64,000 nt of DNA from Gemmatimonadales bacterium. Its GTDB lineage: Bacteria; Gemmatimonadota; Gemmatimonadetes; Gemmatimonadales; GWC2-71-9. The translations under genes were made by a program, and so were the position numbers. Every line of letters begins with the position of its first letter. The stretch's first letter is position 1. Positions 9,829 to 19,359 of this stretch are shown piece after piece. The stretch spans positions 3,783 through 67,782 of the forward strand of contig DASTFH010000151.1 in NCBI GenBank assembly GCA_035708725.1, written 5' to 3'. A model generated the notes under the pieces. It ran no database searches. It saw only the letters and a program-made list of their open reading frames with translations, and was not told where the DNA came from.

Positions 9829-10665
9829 TCACCCGACGAAATCCACCTGTACTCGTTCCGGAATGAGTCCTGCCTCGAACGCGCGGTCCAGCAGCAGGCG
9901 CACCGCCTCACGACCCCGCTCCCCGTAGTCCACGGTCCAGTCGTTCACGTACATGCCCACAAAGGTGTCGGTGCGCTCATCCCCGATACCCCGGTTGAAC
10001 TGCATGGCGTGGCTCAGGGCAGGGGCGCGGTGGGCCAGGCCGTACTCGATGCTGGCGCGGAGGTCACGGGCAATCTGCTGCATGACCGCCTCGCCCAGGT
10101 CGCGACGGACCACGTTGCCGCCCAGCGGCAGCGGCAGGCCGGTCTCCCGCATCCACCAGGCGCCCAGGTCCTCCCAGAGGTGGAGGCCGTCATCGGCAAA
10201 GGTGAGCTGTCCCTCATGGATCAGGAGGCCCACCTCCACGTCGCCGCGGTGAACCGCATCCTCGATCTGGTCGAATGGGACCACGACGTACTCCACGTCC
10301 GGCTGGTAGAGCTGGAGCGCGAGGAATGCCGTGGTCAGCGTGCCCGGCACGGCCACTCTCCTGCCCTTGAGCGCGGTGCGCGGGTCGGCAGGCGCGGGAC
10401 TCGTGGACACGAGACGCGGGCCATAGCCGTCGCCCATGGAGGAACCCGACGCCAGCAAGGCGTAGGTGCGCCAGAGATGGGCATAGGCGTGAATCGACAC
10501 CGCTGACACCTCGAGCTCACCCTTCAGGGCGCGCCGGTTCAGTGACTCGATGTCCGACAGCTCGTGGACATACTGGATGTCGCCGGTGTCGAGTTTCCCT
10601 TCGGCGAGCGCGTAGAACATGAACGCGTCGTCGGAATCGGGGCTGTGGGCTACGTGGATGAGCAT
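9829..10665 (-). CDS. MqnA/MqnD/SBP-family protein (futalosine-pathway-like)
   Basis: The N-terminus HSPDSDDAFMFYALAEGKLD resembles the SPCPNDTFxFYAL signature of the MqnD family. The subfamily cannot be resolved by eye. Confidence 0.55.
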   Translation of the reverse strand: MLIHVAHSPDSDDAFMFYALAEGKLDTGDIQYVHELSDIESLNRRALKGELEVSAVSIHAYAHLWRTYALLASGSSMGDGYGPRLVSTSPAPADPRTALKGRRVAVPGTLTTAFLALQLYQPDVEYVVVPFDQIEDAVHRGDVEVGLLIHEGQLTFADDGLHLWEDLGAWWMRETGLPLPLGGNVVRRDLGEAVMQQIARDLRASIEYGLAHRAPALSHAMQFNRGIGDERTDTFVGMYVNDWTVDYGERGREAVRLLLDRAFEAGLIPERVQVDFVG

Positions 10666-10666
10666 T

Positions 10667-10761
10667 GAGTTGAGAGTTAAGAGTTGAGATTTGAGGGAGA
10701 AGAGCGGGCCAGCCGAGAGTCGATCGCTCGACTCTCAACTCTTAACTCTTAACTCCCTCCC
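10667..10761. repeat. Hairpin array with inner palindrome
   Basis: Left arm GAGTTGA GAGTTAA GAGTTGA GATTTGA at 10667-10694. Inner palindrome GAGAGTCGA-tcgc-TCGACTCTC at 10715-10736. Right arm (AACTCTT)2AACTCCC. The stop codon of the zinc-ribbon gene (10749-10751) lies inside the right arm. Confidence 0.8.
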
Positions 10762-11570
10762 GCTCGACGTCTGAAATCATCTATCACATTCCTGTGATCC
10801 ACATACTCCTCCCGCCGCGCGGCGCTCTCGGCGGGCCAGGCCTTGAGGAAATCGGCGTAGGCCCGGCGCAGGGCGGTACTGTCGGCCTGGAACTGGGCGA
10901 TGTCGCCGCGGACGGCGTAGGCCAGGAGATAGCCCGGCGTCACGCGGAGCATCGTGTCGGTGAGCGCCAGCGCCTCGGTGAGCCGCCCGACCTGCGCGTT
11001 GAGGATGGCGGCGTGGTAGCGATCGTCCTGCGTCACCGTGTCGAGCTGGGCATAGGCGCCAAGCGCCATCGGCGTGAAGTTGATCACCGTGCTGCTGTCG
11101 CCCTGGGCGGCCGCCTGCATGACCCGGTTGTTGAGCCGGAGGAAGCGCTCCGATGGCGAGAGCTGGCTGATGTCGGGAGCCTGTCCCGTGGGCAGCCCGC
11201 CACCCGGATCCTGGGTGACCTGCGCGCTGTTGGCGTTGCCGGCGTTGGCCATGTCCGGCGTCCGGGCCCCGGTGGTCCCTGTCAGCATCTTCCAGACAAT
11301 GATCGCGAGGAGCGCAACGACCACGGCGCCTGCCACCATCCAGGCGGCGCGCTCCGAGCGGCTCGCCGCGGGCGTAGGCGCCAGCATCCGGGTGCCGGCA
11401 ACGGGGGCACCGCAACGATGGCAGAAGCGGGCCTGCGCCGAGACTTCGGCGCCACACGCCGCACAGGTCCGCGGGCCCTGCGCCGCGCCGCACGAACTGC
11501 AGAATTTCCCGTCCGCTGGCCGGCCGCAAGCAGGGCAGGTCGGGAAGGTCGCTGGTGTCTGGTCTGGCAT
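10749..11570 (-). CDS. Double zinc-ribbon membrane protein with helical-repeat C-terminal domain
   Basis: CPACG..FCSSCG and CAACG..FCHRCG motifs, then one TM helix and a periplasmic helical domain. Confidence 0.55.
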   Translation of the reverse strand: MPDQTPATFPTCPACGRPADGKFCSSCGAAQGPRTCAACGAEVSAQARFCHRCGAPVAGTRMLAPTPAASRSERAAWMVAGAVVVALLAIIVWKMLTGTTGARTPDMANAGNANSAQVTQDPGGGLPTGQAPDISQLSPSERFLRLNNRVMQAAAQGDSSTVINFTPMALGAYAQLDTVTQDDRYHAAILNAQVGRLTEALALTDTMLRVTPGYLLAYAVRGDIAQFQADSTALRRAYADFLKAWPAESAARREEYVDHRNVIDDFRRRAGGS

Positions 11571-11586
11571 GGAGGGAATGTAATTA

Positions 11587-11789
11587 GGGCGTGGGGCATG
11601 GGGCGTGGGGGTCGCGGGTTGCGCTCGCCGAAGCCAGCACTCTGGTCATCCTGAGCGCAGCGAAGGATCTACTGGCCCGATTCCGGATCGGGGTAAATGG
11701 ATCCTTCGGTCGCTGCGCGACCTCTGGATGACACGACCCATGACTTAAGCCCCACGCCCCACGCCCCAAGCCCAGGCCCGCGCCCCATG
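11587..11789. repeat. Composite hairpin element, type B core (11645-11732)
   Basis: Left arm GGGCGTG GGGCATG GGGCGTG. Core GTCATCCTGAGCGCAGCGAAGGATC...GATCCTTCGGTCGCTGCGCGACCTCTGGATGAC. Right arm is a C-rich complement (CCCACGCCCCACGCCCC...). Confidence 0.8.
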
Positions 11790-11848
11790 TCCTCCTTGCC
11801 CCCTTCCCGATCCCGTCCGAGATTACCCGCTCCCGTTTCCAGGCCATC

Positions 11849-13225
11849 ATGACCGATCTTCGTCCCACCCTCAGCGATTTCCCTGCCGACCTCGCCGGCG
11901 CCACCAAGGCCGACGTGCTGGACCTGATTACCCGGTTCCAGGTGGATTTTCTCCGGCTCCAGTTCACCGACATCCTCGGCATCAACAAGAATGTGGAAGT
12001 GCCGAGGAGCCGATTCGAGAAGGCGCTGGACGGGGAGATCATGTTCGACGGGTCCTCGATCGAGGGTTTCGTCCGGATCGAGGAGAGCGACATGCTCCTC
12101 AAGCCGGACCTGCCGACACTGCGGATCCTGCCCTATGAAGACGAGGGCGGCCGCATCGCCCGGCTGCTCTGCGACGTCTACCTGCCGGACAACTCGCCCT
12201 TCAGCGGCTGCCCGCGCCTGGTGCTCAAGCGCCAGCTCGCGCGGGCCGAGAAGCTCGGCTTCACCATGATGGCGGGGTGCGAGGCGGAGTTCTTCCTTTT
12301 CGAAGGATCAGCCGATGGCTCCGTCACCACGGTCACCCATGATGACGGGAGCTACTTCGATCTCGGTCCCAAGGACCGTGGCGAAGAGATCCGGCGCGTG
12401 ATGGTGGACCAGCTGGTGAGCATGGGGATCGAAGTGGAGGCGGCGCACCATGAAGTGTCGCGCGGCCAGCATGAGATTGACCTCCGCTATGCCGATGCGC
12501 TGGTGACCGCCGACAACTTCGCGACGTTCAAGTATGTGGTCCGGAACGTGGCGTCGCGTTTCGGCTACGTGGCGTCATTCATGCCCAAGCCGATCGAGGG
12601 AATCAACGGCAGCGGCATGCACATGCACCAGTCGCTCTTCCGCGGGGAAGGGAAGAACGCCTTTCACGATCCGAAAGCCGACAACGGGCTGAGTGCGCTC
12701 GCGCTGAGTTATATCGAGGGACTGCTGCAGCATGCGCGCGGCTTCTGCGCCATCACCAATCCGCTGGTGAATTCCTACAAGCGGCTGGTGCCGGGCTTCG
12801 AGGCGCCGGTGAACGTCGCGTGGTCCATGCGGAACCGGTCGCCGCTGGTGCGGATTCCCGACCGGCGCGGCACCGGCACGCGCTGCGAGCTCCGGACGCC
12901 GGACCCGAGCTGCAATCCGTACCTGGCGCTCACCGTGCAGCTGGCAGCGGGGCTCGACGGTGTCGAGCGGAAGCTCAAGGCCCGCCCGCCCGTCAACCGC
13001 AACATCTTCACCATGAGCTACCGCGACCGGCGCAAGTTCCGGATCGATGATCTCCCGCGTGACCTCCACGAGGCACTGGACGAGATGAAGAAGGACAAGG
13101 TGATCACCACGGCGCTGGGCGACCACCTCACCGAACGCTTCCTCGAGGCCAAGCGGAAGGAAGTGGAGGAGTACCAGCGGCACGTGAGCGCGTGGGAGGT
13201 GGAGCGGTATCTGGGACGGTACTAG
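11849..13225 (+). CDS. glnA: Type I glutamine synthetase
   Basis: Conserved GS blocks FDGSSIEGF, NGSGMHMHQSLF and NSYKRLVPGFEAP, plus the arginine-rich SMRNRSPLVRIP loop. Confidence 0.9.
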   Translation: MTDLRPTLSDFPADLAGATKADVLDLITRFQVDFLRLQFTDILGINKNVEVPRSRFEKALDGEIMFDGSSIEGFVRIEESDMLLKPDLPTLRILPYEDEGGRIARLLCDVYLPDNSPFSGCPRLVLKRQLARAEKLGFTMMAGCEAEFFLFEGSADGSVTTVTHDDGSYFDLGPKDRGEEIRRVMVDQLVSMGIEVEAAHHEVSRGQHEIDLRYADALVTADNFATFKYVVRNVASRFGYVASFMPKPIEGINGSGMHMHQSLFRGEGKNAFHDPKADNGLSALALSYIEGLLQHARGFCAITNPLVNSYKRLVPGFEAPVNVAWSMRNRSPLVRIPDRRGTGTRCELRTPDPSCNPYLALTVQLAAGLDGVERKLKARPPVNRNIFTMSYRDRRKFRIDDLPRDLHEALDEMKKDKVITTALGDHLTERFLEAKRKEVEEYQRHVSAWEVERYLGRY

Positions 13226-13447
13226 ATGGGCGGGACGGGCAGGATGGGCGGGACCTGAGTCGAGCGTCATTGCGAGGAGGCGAAGCCGACGAAGCAATCG
13301 GGTGGCCTGCGAATTGATGCTTAAGCGACCCGATTGCTTCGCACCCTTCGGGTGCTCGCAATGACGCGCGTGGCGAGCTTCGGCCTGCCCATCCTGCCCA
13401 TCCTGCCCATCCTGCCCATCCTGCCCATCTAGCCCGTCCTGCCATCC
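13225..13447. repeat. Composite hairpin element, type C core (13266-13365)
   Basis: Left arm GATGGGCGG GACGGGCAG GATGGGCGG GAC. Core GTCATTGCGAGG...CTCGCAATGAC. Right arm (CTGCCCATC)5 TAGCCCGTC CTGCCATCC. Sits between the convergent glnA and DUF3108 stop codons. Confidence 0.85.
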
Positions 13448-14124
13448 CACACCAGCGTCGCGCCCCCGATCGGCAGCGGCACGGTGGCGCGGGCGGGGAT
13501 GCGCCTCGCGTCATCCGTGATCCAGAGCTCCGACGTGCGACCAGCCGCCGACACCGTGAGGTGCAGGCAGCGCACCGAGGCACCCGATCCCACTTTCACC
13601 ATTTCCTTTCCCACCACCGAGACCGTGATCGGGTTGAAGCCATTGCGGAAATAGCCGCGGAGGGACTTCGACTGCCCCGGCGCGAGCGGCATGGTGCGGA
13701 TGTAGTAGAGCAAGGCGAGCTCGTCCATTGGATGCGCCGGTGCCTGGAAATCCTGGTCACTGCCCGCCAGCCGATAGCGCGCCGAATCGGGCAGGATCTG
13801 CCATTGCTCGTCGGTCACTCGTCCCGCAAGATCCATGTGGCGATGAAACTGGAGCGAGGCGAACTTTGATGACTCGACCCACGACGTGAGTGCCCAGCTC
13901 GACTTGAGCCCCGGCGGCCCACCGGCCGCGTTGAGGGTGAAGACCACCGACGGCTTGCCGCGCATGCTGGCGGTCCGCTCCACTTGCAGGTCGGCAGTGC
14001 CGGCGGGGAAGTAGCCGAGCTTGGCCTCGTAGTGCAGCGTCTCACCGACGGCAAACGGCCAGTCGGCCGGCGCATGCGCCAGTGAGCCCGCAAGCATGAC
14101 AGCGACAACAGGAAGAACCCGCAC
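13429..14124 (-). CDS. DUF3108-like secreted protein
   Basis: Signal-like VRVLPVVAVMLAGSLAHA, then GETLHYEAKLGYFPAGTADLQV. I chose the GTG start at 14124. The longer ORF-track version (to 14547) runs antisense through the HAD gene. Confidence 0.55.
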   Translation of the reverse strand: MRVLPVVAVMLAGSLAHAPADWPFAVGETLHYEAKLGYFPAGTADLQVERTASMRGKPSVVFTLNAAGGPPGLKSSWALTSWVESSKFASLQFHRHMDLAGRVTDEQWQILPDSARYRLAGSDQDFQAPAHPMDELALLYYIRTMPLAPGQSKSLRGYFRNGFNPITVSVVGKEMVKVGSGASVRCLHLTVSAAGRTSELWITDDARRIPARATVPLPIGGATLVWDGRTG

Positions 14125-14913
14125 GTGACAGCTCCCAGGGCATGGTGTTTCGATCTGGACGGCACCCTCTATCAGGGCGATGCCGCCATTCGCGGTGCGG
14201 CTCAGGTGCTGACAGCGTTGAGACGCACCGGCATTCCATTCCGTTGCGTGTCCAACACCACCAGCCGCTCCCGGCGTCTCATTCGCGAACGCCTGGCCCG
14301 CTACGGGCTGGACGTGGCACCTGATGAAATCTTCACCGCTACGCTCGCCGGCGCATCCTCGCTCGCCCACACCGGTGCCCAGCGGGTAGCACCGTTCGTG
14401 CCGCGAGAGGCGCTGGAAGATCTGGGACAGTTCGCCCTGGTGGGCGGCACCACAGGCACTCCCGCGTCCGGCTCCGTGGACGCCATTGTCCTGGGCGACC
14501 TTGGGCGGGAATGGACCGATGCACTCCTCCAGGAAGCGTTCACCCACCTGATGGCTGGAGCCCGGTTCCTGGCGCTGTCACGCGACCGCTACTGGCACGA
14601 CGGCGTGAAGCTCACCATGGACTGCGGCGCCTACGTGGCCGCACTCGAGTATGCCACGGGCCGGGAGTCGGTGCTGGCGGGGAAGCCGAGCGCCGAATTC
14701 TACCGCCAGGTGCTGGCATCGTTCGGCGACGGCATCGCCGGGGGCGATGTCATCATGGTGGGCGACGACATCCGGTCCGACGTGGGCGGTGCGCAGGCGG
14801 CAGGGATGCGCGGCTGGCTGGTCGAGACCGGCAAGTTCAGTCGAGAGGTGGTGGAGGCGAGCGGCATCACCCCCGACCGGATCATCCCGAGTATCGCCGA
14901 GGTGACGAGGTGA
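14125..14913 (+). CDS. HAD-superfamily hydrolase, subfamily IIA-like
   Basis: FDLDGTLY (motif I), VSNTTS (motif II), VGDDIRSDVGGAQAAG (motif IV). Confidence 0.8.
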   Translation: MTAPRAWCFDLDGTLYQGDAAIRGAAQVLTALRRTGIPFRCVSNTTSRSRRLIRERLARYGLDVAPDEIFTATLAGASSLAHTGAQRVAPFVPREALEDLGQFALVGGTTGTPASGSVDAIVLGDLGREWTDALLQEAFTHLMAGARFLALSRDRYWHDGVKLTMDCGAYVAALEYATGRESVLAGKPSAEFYRQVLASFGDGIAGGDVIMVGDDIRSDVGGAQAAGMRGWLVETGKFSREVVEASGITPDRIIPSIAEVTR

Positions 14914-14928
14914 GGGTATGATTGTCGC

Positions 14929-15393
14929 ATGACGACACCGCCACCGGAAACCCCGCCGCCATCCCCCGAGCCGGCTGACGAACCTGCCGTGCCAGCTCCC
15001 GACGCCAGGGCCGAGCGCCGCCGCCGACTCAAGCGGAAGCTGGAGCGGATCTGGCTCAGTGTCCTGCTTGCGCTGGTGCTCGGCTTCGCGGTGTACACCA
15101 CCATCATGGCCAACTACGCCTACTCCGAGGGGAGCAAGGCCGGATACCTGCGGGTGTTCGAGGACCGCGGCTGGCTCTGCAAGACCCATGAGGGTGAACT
15201 GCTGATCACCTCGGCGCCGGGCGTGCCGCCCGAGACCTGGCACTTCAGCGTGCGGGACAAGGACCTGATCGCGACGCTGCGGCCGGCCGTGGGAAAGCGG
15301 GTGCTGGTGTTCTACGAAGAACACCGCGGACTGCCGACCAGCTGCTTCGGTGCGACGAACTTCTTTGTGGACAGTGTGGTGGTGGCGCCGTAG
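14929..15393 (+). CDS. Hypothetical membrane-anchored protein
   Basis: Pro-rich N-terminus, one TM helix (IWLSVLLALVLGFAVYTTI), coding-like composition, no recognisable motif. Confidence 0.4.
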   Translation: MTTPPPETPPPSPEPADEPAVPAPDARAERRRRLKRKLERIWLSVLLALVLGFAVYTTIMANYAYSEGSKAGYLRVFEDRGWLCKTHEGELLITSAPGVPPETWHFSVRDKDLIATLRPAVGKRVLVFYEEHRGLPTSCFGATNFFVDSVVVAP

Positions 15394-15394
15394 G

Positions 15395-15420
15395 GCGCTC
15401 AGCGCTCAGCGCTCAGCTCA
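15395..15420. repeat. Short heptamer array (GCGCTCA)3
   Basis: Read directly; it starts 2 nt after the TAG stop at 15391-15393. Confidence 0.7.
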
Positions 15421-15480
15421 GCCTTGCCATGCCGCCGCGCGGCCACATAATTAGGTCGTTCCTCTACCACACGAGGCACC

Positions 15481-18400
15481 ATGGAAGACCTCCGCCCGCG
15501 ACTGGAGCAGGCGCTGGCCGGAGTGTACGCCTTCGAGCGCGAGCTGGGCGGTGGCGGGATGTCGCGCACCTACCTGGTGCGCGAAGTGGCGCTCGATCGC
15601 CGGGCGGTGGTCAAGGTGCTTGCACCGGAATTGCTGGCGGGCATCTCGGTGGAGCGGTTCCGGCGCGAAGTCCTCCTGGCCGCCAAGCTGCAGCATCCGC
15701 ATGTCGTCCCGGTCCTCGCCAGCGGCGAAGTCGACGGACTCCCGTGGTTCACCATGCCGTACATTGACGGCGATTCGCTGCGCGATCGCCTCGGCCGTGA
15801 GCCGCTGGGCATCGGCGAAATCGTGAGCATCCTGCGGGATGTTGCCCGCGCGCTCGCCTACGCTCACGACCAGCGCATCATCCATCGCGACATCAAGCCC
15901 GACAACGTGCTGCTCTCCAGGGGGAGCGCCACGGTCACCGATTTCGGCATCGCCAAGGCGATCAGCGCCGCGCGCACGGGCGGCAATGCCGGCCAGACGC
16001 TGACCCAGGTCGGCACCTCGATCGGAACCCCCGCGTACATGGCGCCCGAGCAGGCCGCCGGTGACCCTGGCACCGACCATCGCGCCGACCTCTATTCATT
16101 CGGCGTCATGGCGTACGAGATGCTCGCGGGCCGTCCGCCGTTCGTGGCAACCTCGCCGACCAAGCTGCTCGCGGCTCACATGAGCGAGACGCCGCGCAAC
16201 GTCCTCACCGAGCGTCCCGACTGCCCCGAGGCGCTGGCGGACCTGGTCATGCGCTGCCTCGCCAAGGATCCCGAGGACCGTCCCCAGCGGGCAACCGACC
16301 TGGCCCGGGTGCTCGACACCGTGACGACCAGCGGCAGCGGTGGGGTGGTGCCGGAGATTCTCCGGGGCGGGACGATTCGCCTTGGACGCGCCCTCGCCCT
16401 CTGGGTTGTGGCGACGCTGCTCGTCATCATCACCGCCTGGGCAGCGCGCGAGGTGATTGGCCTGCCGGACTGGGTCCTTCCCGGCGCGGCCGGCGTGATG
16501 CTCGCCGGGCTGCCGGTGCTGCTGTTCACGGCGTATGTGCAGCGCACCACGCACCGCGCCTTTACGGCGACGCCCAATCGTACCCCCGCTCCGCAGGGCA
16601 CGATGGCCACCCTGGCCATGAAGGCGAGCCCCCACATCTCCTGGCGCCGCACCTGGTTCGGCGGCGCCCTGGCGGTGGGCGGCTTTGCCGTCCTGGTGAT
16701 CGGCTTCATGGTACTTCGCGCGCTCGGGATCGGCCCGATGGGGTCGCTTCGGGGAAGCGGCGCCTTTGGCGAGAACGAGCCCCTCATGGTCGCCGACTTT
16801 GTCTCGCCGCCCAGCGACTCGACGCTGGGGGCGACCGCGGCCGAGGCGCTGCGCACCGACCTGGCCCAGTCGAGCTCCCTCGAGATCCTCACGCGATCCA
16901 CCATACGCGATGCGCTGACGCTGATGGAGCGGCCGGTCAACCAGCCGGTGCTGTATGACGTGGCGCGCGAGATCGCCACACGCGAGGGCGCCAAGGCGGT
17001 GCTCGACGGCGATATCAAGCAGATCGGCCAGAGCTATATCATCTCGGCGCGGCTGGTCTCCGCCCTCGACGGCAGCGACCTGGCAGTCTTCCGCGAGGAC
17101 GCGGCGACGCAGGACGGCATCCTCGAGGCCCTGGGCCGGCTTGGCAAGCAGATCCGCAGCAAGGCCGGTGAATCGCTCAAGGACATCCGGGCCAGCAGCG
17201 AGCTGGAGCGGGTCACCACCCCGTCGCTGCCCGCGTTGCGCAAGTACGTCGAAGGCTCCCGGCTCGCCGATGAGCAGGGAGAGATGGAGCGCGGCATGGG
17301 GCTGCTCCGCGAAGCGGTACAACTGGACACCGCCTTCGCGATGGCCTGGCGCAAGCTCGCCGTGTTGCTCAACAACGAGGGCCGCGATCGTCAGGCCCTG
17401 CTGGACGCGATCTCGACCGCCTACCGGCATCGCGACCGCCTTACTGAGACGGAACGACTGCTCACCGAGGGGTTCTACTTCACTCGCGGACCCTCGCCCG
17501 ATCCCGAGCGCGCAATCCGGGCCTACGAGGAGGCCGCCCGGCTTGATACCCTCAACACCTCGGCGCTCAACAACGCCGCAGTGGTGCTCGGCGAGCTGCG
17601 GCAATACGCTCGCGCGGAATCACTGTACCGCCGGGTGGTGCGGCTGCCGCGCACCTTCGGCGGGGCGTTCACCAACCTGCTGATCGCCCAGATCAACACC
17701 GGCCATATCGCCGACGTGGACTCCACGGTGGCCCGCTTCCGGGCCACCTTCCCCAGCAGCAATGACATCTGGGAAGCGGAATGGTACGCCGCGTGGGCCA
17801 AGGCCGACTATGCATTGGCTGATTCCATCAGCCGCGCTGTCGGGGCCGATTCCCACACCCTTCGCCAGGCGATCCAGGCAGGTAGAAAGACCGCTGTGGT
17901 AAACTCGCTACGAGGGCGTATGCGCGACGCGCTCGCGGCCGCGGTCCGCGGCGATGAGGCGCTTTACAGGGCCCAGCCGACCGTGGGCAACCTGCTGGAG
18001 TTCGCGCTCGACACGACCTTTTTCAACCTGGCGATGGAGCGCAATGCCGAGGCGTTCACCGCCCTCGATCGCGGACTGGCCCGCGCGCCGACGGAGAAGA
18101 TCCCGCCGAGCGAACGCCCGTGGGGGGCCCTGCGCGACGCCGGTCTGTTGACCCGTAATCCGGACCTGGCCCGGCGGGCCTTGCAGGGGTTCGATCGCGA
18201 CCTGGCCGCCATGAGCGACGATGCCGCGGGCGAGCGTGCCGGATACCAGGCCGCGGTGTCGTACGCCGAGGGTCGCTGGCGGGACGCGATCACGGAACTG
18301 CACGCTGCGGAGGATGCCTACCAGGTGCTGCCGAAGGTGGGCGGGTTCTACCGTGGCATGGCGTGGCGGGAACTCGGTCGCCCCGATTCGGCGATTGCCG

Positions 18401-18633
18401 AGCTGGAGCGGTCCCGCGCCACACCTGACCCCTTCGGTTTCAACCAGGCCCAGTACCAACCCCGCACGCTCCTCATGCTGGGCGAACTCTACGAGGCGCA
18501 GGGCGACACGGCGCGCGCCATCGAGCGCTACAGCGAGTTCACTGAGCTGTGGAAGGATGCCGATGCGCCGTTGCAACCCCGGGTGAGCGAGATCCGCGGC
18601 CGCATCGCCAGACTGCAGGCAGCGAAGGGATAG
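15481..18633 (+). CDS. Ser/Thr protein kinase with TM segments and a C-terminal TPR-like domain
   Basis: GGGGMSRTY glycine loop, VVKVL lysine, HRDIKPDNVLL, DFGIAK, TPAYMAPE. Followed by TM helices and ~650 aa of helical repeats. Confidence 0.9.
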   Translation: MEDLRPRLEQALAGVYAFERELGGGGMSRTYLVREVALDRRAVVKVLAPELLAGISVERFRREVLLAAKLQHPHVVPVLASGEVDGLPWFTMPYIDGDSLRDRLGREPLGIGEIVSILRDVARALAYAHDQRIIHRDIKPDNVLLSRGSATVTDFGIAKAISAARTGGNAGQTLTQVGTSIGTPAYMAPEQAAGDPGTDHRADLYSFGVMAYEMLAGRPPFVATSPTKLLAAHMSETPRNVLTERPDCPEALADLVMRCLAKDPEDRPQRATDLARVLDTVTTSGSGGVVPEILRGGTIRLGRALALWVVATLLVIITAWAAREVIGLPDWVLPGAAGVMLAGLPVLLFTAYVQRTTHRAFTATPNRTPAPQGTMATLAMKASPHISWRRTWFGGALAVGGFAVLVIGFMVLRALGIGPMGSLRGSGAFGENEPLMVADFVSPPSDSTLGATAAEALRTDLAQSSSLEILTRSTIRDALTLMERPVNQPVLYDVAREIATREGAKAVLDGDIKQIGQSYIISARLVSALDGSDLAVFREDAATQDGILEALGRLGKQIRSKAGESLKDIRASSELERVTTPSLPALRKYVEGSRLADEQGEMERGMGLLREAVQLDTAFAMAWRKLAVLLNNEGRDRQALLDAISTAYRHRDRLTETERLLTEGFYFTRGPSPDPERAIRAYEEAARLDTLNTSALNNAAVVLGELRQYARAESLYRRVVRLPRTFGGAFTNLLIAQINTGHIADVDSTVARFRATFPSSNDIWEAEWYAAWAKADYALADSISRAVGADSHTLRQAIQAGRKTAVVNSLRGRMRDALAAAVRGDEALYRAQPTVGNLLEFALDTTFFNLAMERNAEAFTALDRGLARAPTEKIPPSERPWGALRDAGLLTRNPDLARRALQGFDRDLAAMSDDAAGERAGYQAAVSYAEGRWRDAITELHAAEDAYQVLPKVGGFYRGMAWRELGRPDSAIAELERSRATPDPFGFNQAQYQPRTLLMLGELYEAQGDTARAIERYSEFTELWKDADAPLQPRVSEIRGRIARLQAAKG

Positions 18634-18708
18634 GTTATCGCCCGCTGGCGCCCCTGCCCGGCGGGCTGTATGTTGTCCCCGAGGTTCGGTTTTTCTTCGG
18701 GGTCTGTC

Positions 18709-19359
18709 ATGTCGCTCGCCGAGCTGCGTCAGGAACTTGCCCAGGTCACGCCCCCATCGGCCCAGCCGGAGGGGGTGGCCACCGGCTGGGCACCGCTGGA
18801 CCACGCCCTGGGCGGCACCCTGCCCAGGGGACTCATCACCGAGATCACGGGGCCGGCCGGCTCCGGCCGCACCACGCTACTCCGCCGCCTGGTGGAAGGC
18901 GCCATCCGGCAGGAGCTGCTGGTGGCGTACATCGACGCCGAGTGCACGCTCAATCCCCGGGACTGGGCGCACCTGGCGCGCCGGGCGGATGATGACGGCC
19001 TCTGGGTCATCCGCCCGCCCGATCCCGCCCGCGCCGCCTGGTGCAGTGAGCTCCTGCTCCGGAGTGGCGCCTTTCCCATCGTGATCCTGGACGGCGGCCC
19101 CGTCCTGCCGCACGCCATCACTGTCCGGCTCGCCAGCATCGCGCGCGAGCATGACGCGTCGCTTGTCCTGAGCCGCACCAGCGACAGCGGCTCGCTTCGG
19201 GGCGTGACGGTGGCCGTGCGCGGCCGCGCTTCCCGCACCGTGGAGGTGAAACGTGAGATCGTCGTGGCGCGTCGCCTGTGTGCGCATCCCGAGATTCCCG
19301 ATCGGCGCGGTGTGGAGCGCCGACGTCACGCACCTTCCCGGTACGGACGCGTGGGATGA
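18709..19359 (+). CDS. imuA: ImuA-like RecA-fold protein
   Basis: GWAPLDHALGGTLPRGLITEITGPAGSGRTTLLRRL (Walker-A-like) and its position 5' of imuB-dnaE2. The start is uncertain: ATG 18709 chosen, alternative ATG 18670. Confidence 0.65.
   Translation: MSLAELRQELAQVTPPSAQPEGVATGWAPLDHALGGTLPRGLITEITGPAGSGRTTLLRRLVEGAIRQELLVAYIDAECTLNPRDWAHLARRADDDGLWVIRPPDPARAAWCSELLLRSGAFPIVILDGGPVLPHAITVRLASIAREHDASLVLSRTSDSGSLRGVTVAVRGRASRTVEVKREIVVARRLCAHPEIPDRRGVERRRHAPSRYGRVG

Noticed and set aside
14122-14127. Divergent DUF3108 and HAD genes whose chosen start codons abut back to back (CAC|GTG, forming CACGTG).
   Set aside because: It is intriguing, but most likely an artefact of start-codon choice. 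The DUF3108 gene has an alternative ATG about 8 codons downstream (MLAGSLAHA). There is no independent evidence for zero-length divergent spacing.
14125-14547. N-terminal extension of ORF 13429-14547.
   Set aside because: It runs antisense through the well-supported HAD hydrolase gene. The DUF3108-like signal peptide begins at the GTG at 14124.
18666-18681. E. coli-type SOS box beginning CTGTATGTTGTC upstream of imuA.
   Set aside because: Only the CTGT half-site is present. No ACAG occurs at the required 8-nt spacing.
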